Shown here in pieces: positions 8,674 through 16,729 of a stretch of 32,000 nucleotides of DNA (positions within the stretch are counted from its first letter, which is position 1; every line of letters begins with the position of its first letter). Made by a program: the position numbers and the translations under genes. Below the pieces are notes generated by a model. That model was not told the origin of the DNA, ran no database searches, and was given only the letters and a program-made list of their open reading frames with translations. Source of the DNA: Desulfobulbus propionicus DSM 2032 (GTDB taxonomy: Bacteria; Desulfobacterota; Desulfobulbia; Desulfobulbales; Desulfobulbaceae). The stretch spans positions 2,790,001 to 2,822,000 of the forward strand of contig NC_014972.1 of assembly GCF_000186885.1 (NCBI RefSeq), written 5' to 3'.

Positions 8674-10235
8674 TCGGCCACCTCCAGCCGTCCGGCCAGG
8701 TTGCCGAGCAGATCCAGCCGGGCCATGATCTCGCCGAGCTGTTCGGGTTGGCTGGTTGCCAGGAGATCGATCAGCTGCTCGCGGAACTGCTCCAGGCTCT
8801 CGGCCTGTTCCAGCAGGGACTCGGCCCGGGTGATCAGGTTGGCGGCCGGACCGGCCGACTCGGTCTTGACCCATTGCAGCAGGGTCGACTCCAAAGGGTT
8901 CTTATCCAACTCCCGGCTGTTCTTGGCGGCCTCAACCGGTTCCGGTTGAACGGGTTGTTTATCAGCAGTCTCAACGGCTGCCGGTTGTTCCGCTGGTGGG
9001 GGAGTTCCTAAACAGTCCGCGCCCTCTTCCGGATCCGGCAGCCCCAGCTTGTCGCGGACCACCGATTGCTCGACCTTCAGCCCCAGGGGCACCAGCTTCT
9101 CCAGGGCGGTGACCAGCAGCTGGGTATCCTCCGGCTCCACCGCCTTGATGAGCAGCTCCGGATACTGTTCCTGCGGTCCCCAGTTGAGATCGATGAACGG
9201 CCGGACCAGGTCGCGGTTGATGGTCTCGGAGAGCTGGGTGGCATCATCGTCGCGGATATCTTCCCGCACCTCAGCCTGGGCATCCTCGTTGCCCAGTTTG
9301 CCGGCTGTCCCTTGCGTGGTGGCGGTCTGGCCGAGGATCCCCCGGCTGACCTGGGCATCGAGCCAGTCCGCCAGCTTGTTGAACAGTTCGTGGCCACCGG
9401 TGACCTTGGCGCTCTCGACAAACTCGATCAGCATCGACTCCGGAATCACTGCCGCCGCATCGCTGCCCAGGTTGGCCACCGCAGCTTTCAGGATAGCGAT
9501 GTCTTCCTTGGACGCACCGGGCTGATACTTGCCGACCCGCAGCGGCATGCCGAAGACCTCGGCAAAGGCTAGCCAGTCCTTCACCGTGTAGTTCTTGCAC
9601 ATCCACGCCCAGGCAGCCACGCGGGCGATCCCGCCGCGAATGGGGATGCCGGTCTTCAAATGCGGCAAGTGGCAGATGAACTTGAACGGGGCCAGATCGA
9701 TACCTTCCGCCACATTCTGCTCATCAAGCAGTCTGAGGCGCCTTCGGGAAGCCCGATCAAAGGTGAAAAAGCGGGGATCGCGCCACTCATACCCCACCGG
9801 CCGCCATCTGGCGCCACGCGACCAGAGGATCTCGCACACCGAGAACCCCTTGCCGATGGCATCGAGCAGGTCCTTGAGCAAGCCACGGAAACCGGCCTGT
9901 TTCACAAGTGCCCGCACCTCGTCGGCCAACTGCACATCCTGGGGTTCATCACTGGCTGCTTCCACCGTGATCGGCAAGGAGGCCACGGCCAACTTGCGTT
10001 TGGAAATCTCGCAGCGGTAGTGCAGATCCCGCTCCTCCATCTCCTCGGCAAGCGTCAGGTACTCGCTGATCTCGCCTTCGGCGGCCCGTTGCAATAGCCC
10101 AGCCAACCGGTACGGGGTCAGGCCCGAGGCCACGGTCACGTCCCAGACGCTGCGGATCCCGGCCAGGCTGGGTGCGGCCAGTTCCTGGGTCAGGGTTCGG
10201 GTTGTGACCGGTCGGTTAAGATAGTCGTAGATCAC
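8670..10235 (-). CDS. Portal protein, Mu gpH/gp29 (DUF935) family
   Basis: 521 aa, directly downstream of the large terminase. The N-terminal region LTPYRLAGLLQRAAEGEISEYLTLAEEMEERDLHY and overall length fit DUF935 portals. Confidence 0.85.
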   Translation of the reverse strand: MIYDYLNRPVTTRTLTQELAAPSLAGIRSVWDVTVASGLTPYRLAGLLQRAAEGEISEYLTLAEEMEERDLHYRCEISKRKLAVASLPITVEAASDEPQDVQLADEVRALVKQAGFRGLLKDLLDAIGKGFSVCEILWSRGARWRPVGYEWRDPRFFTFDRASRRRLRLLDEQNVAEGIDLAPFKFICHLPHLKTGIPIRGGIARVAAWAWMCKNYTVKDWLAFAEVFGMPLRVGKYQPGASKEDIAILKAAVANLGSDAAAVIPESMLIEFVESAKVTGGHELFNKLADWLDAQVSRGILGQTATTQGTAGKLGNEDAQAEVREDIRDDDATQLSETINRDLVRPFIDLNWGPQEQYPELLIKAVEPEDTQLLVTALEKLVPLGLKVEQSVVRDKLGLPDPEEGADCLGTPPPAEQPAAVETADKQPVQPEPVEAAKNSRELDKNPLESTLLQWVKTESAGPAANLITRAESLLEQAESLEQFREQLIDLLATSQPEQLGEIMARLDLLGNLAGRLEVAE

Positions 10236-11758
10236 CAGGTCCCCTCCATGGTGCCGAAGCCCGCAGTTGTCCGGATGTGCCGGTCACCTGGTTCAAAGTC
10301 CCGTTTGCGCACCGGATGGTAAGCGTACTCGGTGATCTCCATCCTGGTGGCCGAGATGGCCAGGGCCAGGGCAATGGCCGCGTCACCATGGCGCTGCCGG
10401 CCGTCAGCGCCCTTGTTCTTGGTGTCCGGCAGCTTGGCCACACCCCGGATCATCTTGATCGCCCGGTAATCGTCGAGATGGTCGGCATCCTTGGCCACTT
10501 CCACGGTGCCGTCCTCGAAGAACGATTTGAACCGGGGCATCTCGTCGCGGTACCAGGCCTCGGACAGCATCACCTGCTCGATCCGGCCAGTTCCGTAGCG
10601 CTGCATGGCCCGCTCGGCCAGATACTGGCCGTTGCCACGGGCATCGAACTTGCCGAAGCTGAACCGGGGCAATCGATCAAGGATGAAGAAAATGATCAGC
10701 TCCTGTTCCTTGAACGGCACATTGGACAGCTCCACCACAAAGGGCTGGCGATAGGTCAGGTTCTCCTGCTCGGCCAAGGGGGAGAGCACGGTCAGGTCAC
10801 CCAGGCGGGCAAAGTCTTCGCCGGCGTAGTGCCGCCGCTTCGGATCCAGCTTGGCGAGCAGCGGCGCCAGCTGCTCCTCGCACCACTCCAAGGCCTCGGC
10901 CTCGCGGAGAGGATCGGGCTGCAGGGCGAACTCGTTGGTGCAGGCCCAACGCAGGATCGGGATATCGTCGCGCATGCAGCGTTCGATGATCACCCGGGGC
11001 AGGAAGGCACCGGATCCCTGGCTAGGGATGCAGAACAGTTCCTCGTCGGCGCCGCTGCCGTATTGAGCAATCAGTTTCTCTCTCCACTGGTCCTCGGCCT
11101 CCTGCGACCATGGCTTGCCCAGGCGCAGGCAGATGCGCTCATACAGGCCTTCCGCCAGGGCATCGTCGATGGTGACCCGGTGTAGGCTGTACGGCTTCTT
11201 GCCGGCCCGGACCTCGTTGATCACCTCATTGAATGGATTGGTGTCGCCATCATGGGTGGAGATGATCACCACCCGCCCGCCCCACATCAACAGGGCCATG
11301 GCTGCCTTGATCAGCTCGCTCAGGTTGTCGTGAAAGGCGGCTTCGTCGATGACTACCTTGCCCTGCTTGCCGCGCAGGTTGGACGGCCTGCTCGACAGGG
11401 CCACGATCTTGTGACCCGAGGCGCAACGGATCCTGAAAGCGAGGATGTCTTTGTCTTCGTCCGCCAAGACGAACTCCTCCACCGCTGAGGCCGCCTTGTT
11501 GAAATGCCCCAGCCAGTCGCCGCAGTCCTCGATGAACTCCTGGGCCATGTCCTTGTTGTAGCCGATGTACCACACGTCCATGCCGCTCCGGCTGGCTGCC
11601 AGCAAGGCATCGTCCGCCGCCTCTGCCCAGGACAGGCCGATACGTCGGGACTTCTCGATGATCTTGACCTCGCCCTGGTCTTCCAGCCACCGTTGCTGAT
11701 ACGGCAGCAGGGCCATGGGCGCGCGGTTGGTTCTATCTTCCTTGGTAAAAGTACTCAT
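10232..11758 (-). CDS. Terminase large subunit (Mu gp28-like)
   Basis: 508 aa. The sequence LLPYQQRWLEDQGEVKIIEKSRRIGLSWAEA...VVIDEAAF...IISTHDG shows ATPase Walker-like motifs and a nuclease C-terminal part. It overlaps both the small subunit and the portal genes. Confidence 0.9.
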   Translation of the reverse strand: MSTFTKEDRTNRAPMALLPYQQRWLEDQGEVKIIEKSRRIGLSWAEAADDALLAASRSGMDVWYIGYNKDMAQEFIEDCGDWLGHFNKAASAVEEFVLADEDKDILAFRIRCASGHKIVALSSRPSNLRGKQGKVVIDEAAFHDNLSELIKAAMALLMWGGRVVIISTHDGDTNPFNEVINEVRAGKKPYSLHRVTIDDALAEGLYERICLRLGKPWSQEAEDQWREKLIAQYGSGADEELFCIPSQGSGAFLPRVIIERCMRDDIPILRWACTNEFALQPDPLREAEALEWCEEQLAPLLAKLDPKRRHYAGEDFARLGDLTVLSPLAEQENLTYRQPFVVELSNVPFKEQELIIFFILDRLPRFSFGKFDARGNGQYLAERAMQRYGTGRIEQVMLSEAWYRDEMPRFKSFFEDGTVEVAKDADHLDDYRAIKMIRGVAKLPDTKNKGADGRQRHGDAAIALALAISATRMEITEYAYHPVRKRDFEPGDRHIRTTAGFGTMEGTW

Positions 11759-12369
11759 CAGTGCTTCAACCCCAGGATCTGGCGGCGGATCGCTTCGGCG
11801 GCCTCATCGGACAATCCGCCGGGCGTGACGTGCTCATCGATCGAAGCCGCTCTCTTGCTGTCGAGCAATTCCATGGCCGTCATCAACTCCTTGATTGCCC
11901 CCAGGGTGATGGCCCCCGGCTGGTTGACCAAGGCCGCAATCCGAGCCTGCACCGCCGTGCGCAGGGCTTCGACCATATCCCCGCCCTCAGGCAAATGGTC
12001 GGTGGCGGCTCCGTCCGGCATTGCGATGGCTGCATTGGGGGCAGCTCCCCGCTCCCGCGCCTCGGCCTCGATCAGCTTGCCGGAGTTGACCAGAGCGCCA
12101 AAGGCATAGGCCTTTTGGGCGTCCTCGGTCTCAATCACCGACTCGATCAGCTTTGCTTTGGCGAGCATCACCCCCCGGCGCACCGACACCTGGGCCTGGC
12201 GGTACTCCCGTCGCCGTTCGGGCCAGGTGGGTTGGGAATCGGCGGACCACCGCTTGAGCTGGGAAACGGACACCCCGGTCCGCTCCGCCACCTGCTCAAA
12301 GGTGAGGCCGTCGATGATGTACAACTCCTCGGCAGCCTCTATGGTCTCCCAACCGTAGCTCTCCGGCAT
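11758..12369 (-). CDS. Terminase small subunit-like DNA-binding protein (Mu gp27 position)
   Basis: 203 aa with an N-terminal HTH (LTFEQVAERTGVSVSQLKRWS). Its stop overlaps the large terminase start. Confidence 0.6.
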   Translation of the reverse strand: MPESYGWETIEAAEELYIIDGLTFEQVAERTGVSVSQLKRWSADSQPTWPERRREYRQAQVSVRRGVMLAKAKLIESVIETEDAQKAYAFGALVNSGKLIEAEARERGAAPNAAIAMPDGAATDHLPEGGDMVEALRTAVQARIAALVNQPGAITLGAIKELMTAMELLDSKRAASIDEHVTPGGLSDEAAEAIRRQILGLKH

Positions 12370-12372
12370 TGT

Positions 12373-12630
12373 TTAGTTCCCCGCCATCCCCAGGGCTCGC
12401 TTGAGGGCCGCTATCTCTTCCCGCAATCCCATGTACTCGGCATGCTTGCCGGCCAGTTCCACAGCCTGCGCCGCCGCCTGGTCTGGCCTGATCTCGTGCA
12501 GCGGTGCGAACGGCTCCAGAGCCAGGCGTACGGCATGAATGTCGCCCTGCATCGAGGACTCCAATTGCCGCAGCCGTTGTTCCTTCTCCGCCAGCAGGCC
12601 GCGCCGGGTCAGTCGTTCGTTATCCAACAT
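12373..12630 (-). CDS. Hypothetical coiled-coil protein
   Basis: 85-aa ORF with good coding character, located between the lysis-region and terminase genes. Confidence 0.45.
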   Translation of the reverse strand: MLDNERLTRRGLLAEKEQRLRQLESSMQGDIHAVRLALEPFAPLHEIRPDQAAAQAVELAGKHAEYMGLREEIAALKRALGMAGN

Positions 12631-13030
12631 GTCTGCCTCCCTTGAGCAGGTGCCCGTCGATCCGGTCGACCAGCTTGGTCATGGACTGGGTGTTGAGGTG
12701 AATGATCCCGGCCAGGTCGTTGGCCAGCTTCTCGTAGCCCTGCACCAGGATGACGTTGTTCTCGTAGTTGCGGACCACCTCTTCAAACCGCTTCTCCTGG
12801 GCACCGATCATCTGCATCACCATCTCGCGGAAGCCGGCGATGTCCTCCCGGTGTTTGATCTCCCGGTCCGCTTCAATCTGTACCGCGCTCAATCGGGAGC
12901 GTTCCGCCCTGCGGTGGTCGAGGTACATGAAGGCCATGATCACCGTTGGGGCCAGCATGCAGATGATCAGCAGTCCCGGTGCGCCCAGGGTGGTGATCAG
13001 GGTGTTGATGAGGCTCAGTTCTCCGCTCAA
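12620..13030 (-). CDS. Membrane-anchored coiled-coil protein (Mu gp25/DUF2730-like or spanin-like, lysis region)
   Basis: 136 aa. An N-terminal hydrophobic stretch LITTLGAPGLLIICMLAPTVIMAFMYL is followed by a charged helical region. Confidence 0.5.
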   Translation of the reverse strand: MSGELSLINTLITTLGAPGLLIICMLAPTVIMAFMYLDHRRAERSRLSAVQIEADREIKHREDIAGFREMVMQMIGAQEKRFEEVVRNYENNVILVQGYEKLANDLAGIIHLNTQSMTKLVDRIDGHLLKGGRHVG

Positions 13031-13066
13031 CGTGGTCTCCTCCCCCGGCTCCCCGAGGGACAGAAT

Positions 13067-13276
13067 TTATTTTTGTCCCCGGCTTTCTTGTATGCGTTGG
13101 CAGCAGATGCACCGGGTGCAGCCCTTGGCCGCCTTCCGTCGTGCATCGGGGATCGGTTCCCCGCAGTCCTCGCACTCCAGGGCCGACTCGCCTTGGGGCC
13201 GGGTATCAAGATGGTGTTTGAGGACCATCCGCTGGAACAGCTCCTGGTTCTGCTGGGCGAGATCTCCCTCGTCCAT
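13067..13276 (-). CDS. TraR/DksA-family C4 zinc-finger protein
   Basis: The 69-aa version starts at the MDEGDL ATG at 13276. It carries CEDCGEPIPDARRKAAKGCTRCICCQ (CxxC...CxxC), typical of phage TraR. Its ATG overlaps the TGA of the upstream gene as TGATG. Confidence 0.75.
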   Translation of the reverse strand: MDEGDLAQQNQELFQRMVLKHHLDTRPQGESALECEDCGEPIPDARRKAAKGCTRCICCQRIQESRGQK

Positions 13277-13458
13277 CAGACGGCTTTTTTCTCGATCTTG
13301 TGGCCAAGGCCGACCAAACCGAGCCCCAGGACAATGCGTTCCAGGCCGCCCTCGAGGTTGCCGTTGGCGATCTCGACGATCCCGAGAAGCAACAAACCTG
13401 CCGCTGCAGCCCAGGTCTTCCATCCGGTCATCATGTTGAGGTTGTTCGCGAAATTCAT
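13276..13458 (-). CDS. Small membrane protein (holin-like by position)
   Basis: 60 aa, MNFANNLNMMTGWKTWAAAAGLLLLGIVEIANG...LGLGLVGLGHKIEKK, with two hydrophobic segments. A GGAG lies 8 nt upstream of the ATG at 13458, and the gene sits directly after the endolysin. Confidence 0.5.
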   Translation of the reverse strand: MNFANNLNMMTGWKTWAAAAGLLLLGIVEIANGNLEGGLERIVLGLGLVGLGHKIEKKAV

Positions 13459-13493
13459 GGGTGCTCCGTTGGGTTGACATGTACTGTCGGCGC

Positions 13494-14039
13494 TTAGGTG
13501 CGACCGAACACGCCGGGAAAGTCCTCGTGCTGGCTCCAGGCCTTGTAATGAAGGTATTGCTCGCCGTTCTGACAGCGAACCAGGAGGCGCGGCGAACGTT
13601 TGCGCAGGCACATCGTGACCGCCTGCAGGGTTTTGGGACCCATGATGCCGTCCACCACCAGGTCCGGGTAGAACCGTTCTCGTGCGTTGAGGGCGTTCAA
13701 GGCCCGCTGGAGGAACTTGGTCCCGTTGCCCGGTCCGCAGTTGACCGAAGCTTCGAACAACTCCTCGGCAACTTCCGGACTGACCACGTCGATGTGGTCA
13801 CAGCTCAGCGGCTGCCAGAACTCGGTGCGGTAGAACTCACGCACCAGATCGGTCAGGCCAGGCGCCAAAGACAAGGCGTGGCCCGCATGCAGGCAAGCGT
13901 CGATAATCGGCCAGCCCTCCCAAAGAGGATGCTTGTTGCGGGCGATGCCCATGTAGGTCTCACCACCCTTGTCCTTGGGGTTGTTGCTGTAGCCGCCCTC
14001 GTGTTGCAGGGTGGCGGCAAATGCGCGAGCAAAGCTCAT
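13494..14039 (-). CDS. Endolysin, glycoside hydrolase family 108 with C-terminal peptidoglycan-binding region
   Basis: 181 aa. The N-terminal FAATLQHEGGYSNNPKDKGGETYMGI is the GH108 signature, and the region around GIMGPKTLQA resembles PG_binding_3. Confidence 0.85.
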   Translation of the reverse strand: MSFARAFAATLQHEGGYSNNPKDKGGETYMGIARNKHPLWEGWPIIDACLHAGHALSLAPGLTDLVREFYRTEFWQPLSCDHIDVVSPEVAEELFEASVNCGPGNGTKFLQRALNALNARERFYPDLVVDGIMGPKTLQAVTMCLRKRSPRLLVRCQNGEQYLHYKAWSQHEDFPGVFGRT

Positions 14040-14376
14040 GGGGCCTCATCTGGCATGGGGTATCTTTCCTTTAAGGAAGAGGCAGGCCGTGTGGCCCGCC
14101 CCTATCCATGGGCAAGGAGAATGCATGGCGTCCAAACCATGTTGACGAGGGAACTATAGAGGAGAGGGCAGACAGCAATAAGTCTGCGCTGGAGCAGTGG
14201 TGAAAGTGCAAAATTTTATGATCACCACCCGGTCCGGGGTGATCCGGTTGGTGAAAGTTGACTAGGAAGATGTGGAAGACAGGAGGGGGGACCGGGGCAT
14301 ACGATTGAGGAAGTGCTGATGCAGCGCTATTCGCTCAATTTCGAGGTTGACTTAAAAACGGAGGGCTCAAGTTGAG

Positions 14377-14398
14377 CAATAGGTAAATTTACCTATTG
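14377..14398. repeat. 22-bp perfect palindrome CAATAGGTAAATTTACCTATTG upstream of the island operon
   Basis: Read directly from the sequence. It lies about 115 bp upstream of the methyltransferase ATG and is preceded by a second small palindrome, CTCAAGTTGAG (14366-14376). Confidence 0.8.
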
Positions 14399-14513
14399 AG
14401 ATTCAACGGTTGTCAACGACACTTTCAAGTGGTAGACAATCTCGACCTCATGCCTTTTTTCATGAAAATCAAGAAAACCGTGGTGCGCAGGACTGTTCGA
14501 GTACAACACAGAG

Positions 14514-16697
14514 ATGAATGGCAATGCATCAACAAGCCAAGAAAATGGAACGGCGATGACTCAAAAGCTGCAAGAAATAATTAAAGACAGTGCATACAAC
14601 CTTAGTCAATTCAAGCCTGAACAGATTTCAGCCTTGGAATCCGCAATAAGCATCAAGGGTTCCGGCACAAAAGCAGCTCCCTATGTAACGTGCCTGATGC
14701 GAGGCAAACCGATCAAGCTCACTCCGGAAGAAACCATTCGGCAACTCTACCTTATGGTACTCCGTGACGATCTGGGATACCCCGTGAGTCGCATGGCCGT
14801 CGAATATGAGGTGACTTTTGGGCGTGAGAAGAAACGTGCCGACATCTGCATCTTTGACAAGGACAAGACCAACACGCCATACATCCTGGTCGAACTAAAA
14901 AAACCGAAACTCAAGGACGGCAAGGAACAGCTCAAGAGCTACTGCAACGCCACCGGTGCACCGATGGGCGTATGGACCAACGGACAGCAGATTTCTTACT
15001 ACCATCGCAGGGACCCAAACTATTTTGAAGACATCCCCGCTATCCCTTCGGCCCATGAAAAACTGTCGGACATCCTCTCCGAGCGCTGGACGATCGATGA
15101 CCTGATTAAACTCGACAAACTGGTCAACGAGAAAAAGTCCCTGAAAGACCTGATCCTCGAAATGGAAGACGAGGTGCTCGCCAACGCGGGCGTGGACGTG
15201 TTCGAGGAGATGTTCAAGCTCATTTTCACCAAACTCTATGATGAGTTGGAAGGCGGGCGCGACAAGAAGCGCCATCTAGTTTTCAAAAACTACGGCGACA
15301 CCGAAACCGAACTCAAGGCCAAGATTCAGGATCTGTTTGACAAGGCTTGCGCCAAATGGGAAGGCGTTTTCCCGGAGAACGTTAAGATAGACCTCACCCC
15401 GAGCCACCTGGCAGTGTGCGTTTCTTCCCTGGAAAAGGTCAAGCTGTTCAATTCCAACCTGGAAGTAGTCGATGAGGCGTTCGAATACCTCATCAACAAG
15501 TCCAGCAAGGGTGAAAAGGGTCAATATTTCACTCCGCGCTATGTCATCGACATGTGTGTGAAGATGCTCAATCCGCAAGCGCATGAAACCCTGATCGATA
15601 CGGCCGCCGGGAGTTGTGGCTTTCCTGTACATGGTATCTTTTATGTCTGGGAACAGATCATGAAAGAAGAAGGGCTCGCAAAGAGTCATCTCTTCACCAC
15701 GGATAAAAAGCCCGCGCGTTGTGAGGACTATGTCCGCGACAAGGTTTTTGCCATCGACTTTGATGAAAAAGCCGTACGTGTTGGCCGGACACTCAATCTG
15801 ATCGCCGGTGACGGCCAGACCAACGTGCTGCACCTCAACACCCTGGACTACGAACGCTGGGACGAAAAAACCAGCGACGAAACCTGGATAGATATTTACG
15901 GCGAAGGCTGGAAGAAACTGCGCAAGCTACGGCTTGATAAAACCAGCAACCGGGATTTCGGTTTTGATGTACTGATGGCCAACCCGCCCTTTGCCGGTGA
16001 TATCAAAGAAACCAGAATCCTGGCCAAGTACGACCTGGCCCGCTCGGTACGCCTCGACAAAATCGGCAAGGTAGACCCAAAGGACAAGAACATCGTCACC
16101 GCGCATGATCGTGCCCCCAGTTTCACCGAAGCCCTGCATGCCAGCCATGAGGTCATTTATCAAATGGCCGATGGTACCTACCGCAAGGTCAAGGTCAAGA
16201 ACCAGAACAAGGTTGGCCGCGATATCTTGTTCATCGAGCGGAATCTCAATTTTCTCAAACCTGGCGGCCGCATGGCGGTGGTACTGCCACAGGGCCGTTT
16301 CAACAACGCCTCGGACAAGGATTTACGGGAATACCTTGCAGCACACTGCCGCATCCTCGCCGTAGTCGGCCTGCACGGTAATGTGTTTAAGCCACACACC
16401 GGCACCAAGACCAGCGTACTTTTCGTGCAAAAATGGAATGACGATTCAAAAGCCGGTCCGCTTTGTCCGAGGGTGGATGACTATCCGATCTTCTTCGCCA
16501 CCATGCGCGAGCCCAGCAAGGATAATTCCGGTGATAAAATCTACCGGCAAGGGCCGGACGGCTCGCCGCTGCTCGACAGCCACGGACACCTCATCGTCAA
16601 GCATGATCTATTTAATCACGATGGCTTGACCGAGGATGGTATCGCCGATGCCTTTATCGAGTTTGCCAAGAAAGAGGGCCTCAGTTTTTTTCTCTAA
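14514..16697 (+). CDS. Fusion of an HsdR-N-terminal-type PD-(D/E)xK domain with a gamma-class N6-adenine DNA methyltransferase (BcgI-A-like / HsdM-like)
   Basis: 727 aa. The N-terminal segment VEYEVTFGREKKRADICIFDKDKTNTPYILVELKKP...GVWTNGQQISYY fits the E...D...ExK nuclease-fold pattern. The methyltransferase motifs are GQYFTPRYV, motif I LIDTAAGSCGF and motif IV NPPF (VLMANPPFAG). An alternative start is the ATG at 14556. Confidence 0.85.
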   Translation: MNGNASTSQENGTAMTQKLQEIIKDSAYNLSQFKPEQISALESAISIKGSGTKAAPYVTCLMRGKPIKLTPEETIRQLYLMVLRDDLGYPVSRMAVEYEVTFGREKKRADICIFDKDKTNTPYILVELKKPKLKDGKEQLKSYCNATGAPMGVWTNGQQISYYHRRDPNYFEDIPAIPSAHEKLSDILSERWTIDDLIKLDKLVNEKKSLKDLILEMEDEVLANAGVDVFEEMFKLIFTKLYDELEGGRDKKRHLVFKNYGDTETELKAKIQDLFDKACAKWEGVFPENVKIDLTPSHLAVCVSSLEKVKLFNSNLEVVDEAFEYLINKSSKGEKGQYFTPRYVIDMCVKMLNPQAHETLIDTAAGSCGFPVHGIFYVWEQIMKEEGLAKSHLFTTDKKPARCEDYVRDKVFAIDFDEKAVRVGRTLNLIAGDGQTNVLHLNTLDYERWDEKTSDETWIDIYGEGWKKLRKLRLDKTSNRDFGFDVLMANPPFAGDIKETRILAKYDLARSVRLDKIGKVDPKDKNIVTAHDRAPSFTEALHASHEVIYQMADGTYRKVKVKNQNKVGRDILFIERNLNFLKPGGRMAVVLPQGRFNNASDKDLREYLAAHCRILAVVGLHGNVFKPHTGTKTSVLFVQKWNDDSKAGPLCPRVDDYPIFFATMREPSKDNSGDKIYRQGPDGSPLLDSHGHLIVKHDLFNHDGLTEDGIADAFIEFAKKEGLSFFL

Positions 16698-16729
16698 GCC
16701 CCTTCGACAAGGCGCAGTATGAGCGCCTG

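Noticed and set aside
13067-13611. Long versions of the TraR ORF (137 aa) and the small membrane ORF (111 aa)
   Set aside because: The N-terminal extensions are Arg/Pro-rich and overlap neighbouring genes. Internal ATGs at 13276 and 13458 give compact, translationally coupled genes with recognisable domains and, for 13458, a GGAG ribosome-binding site.
14396-14584. 62-aa plus-strand ORF overlapping the methyltransferase start
   Set aside because: It has no ribosome-binding site or recognisable features and overlaps the better-supported methyltransferase start. It is most likely non-coding leader.
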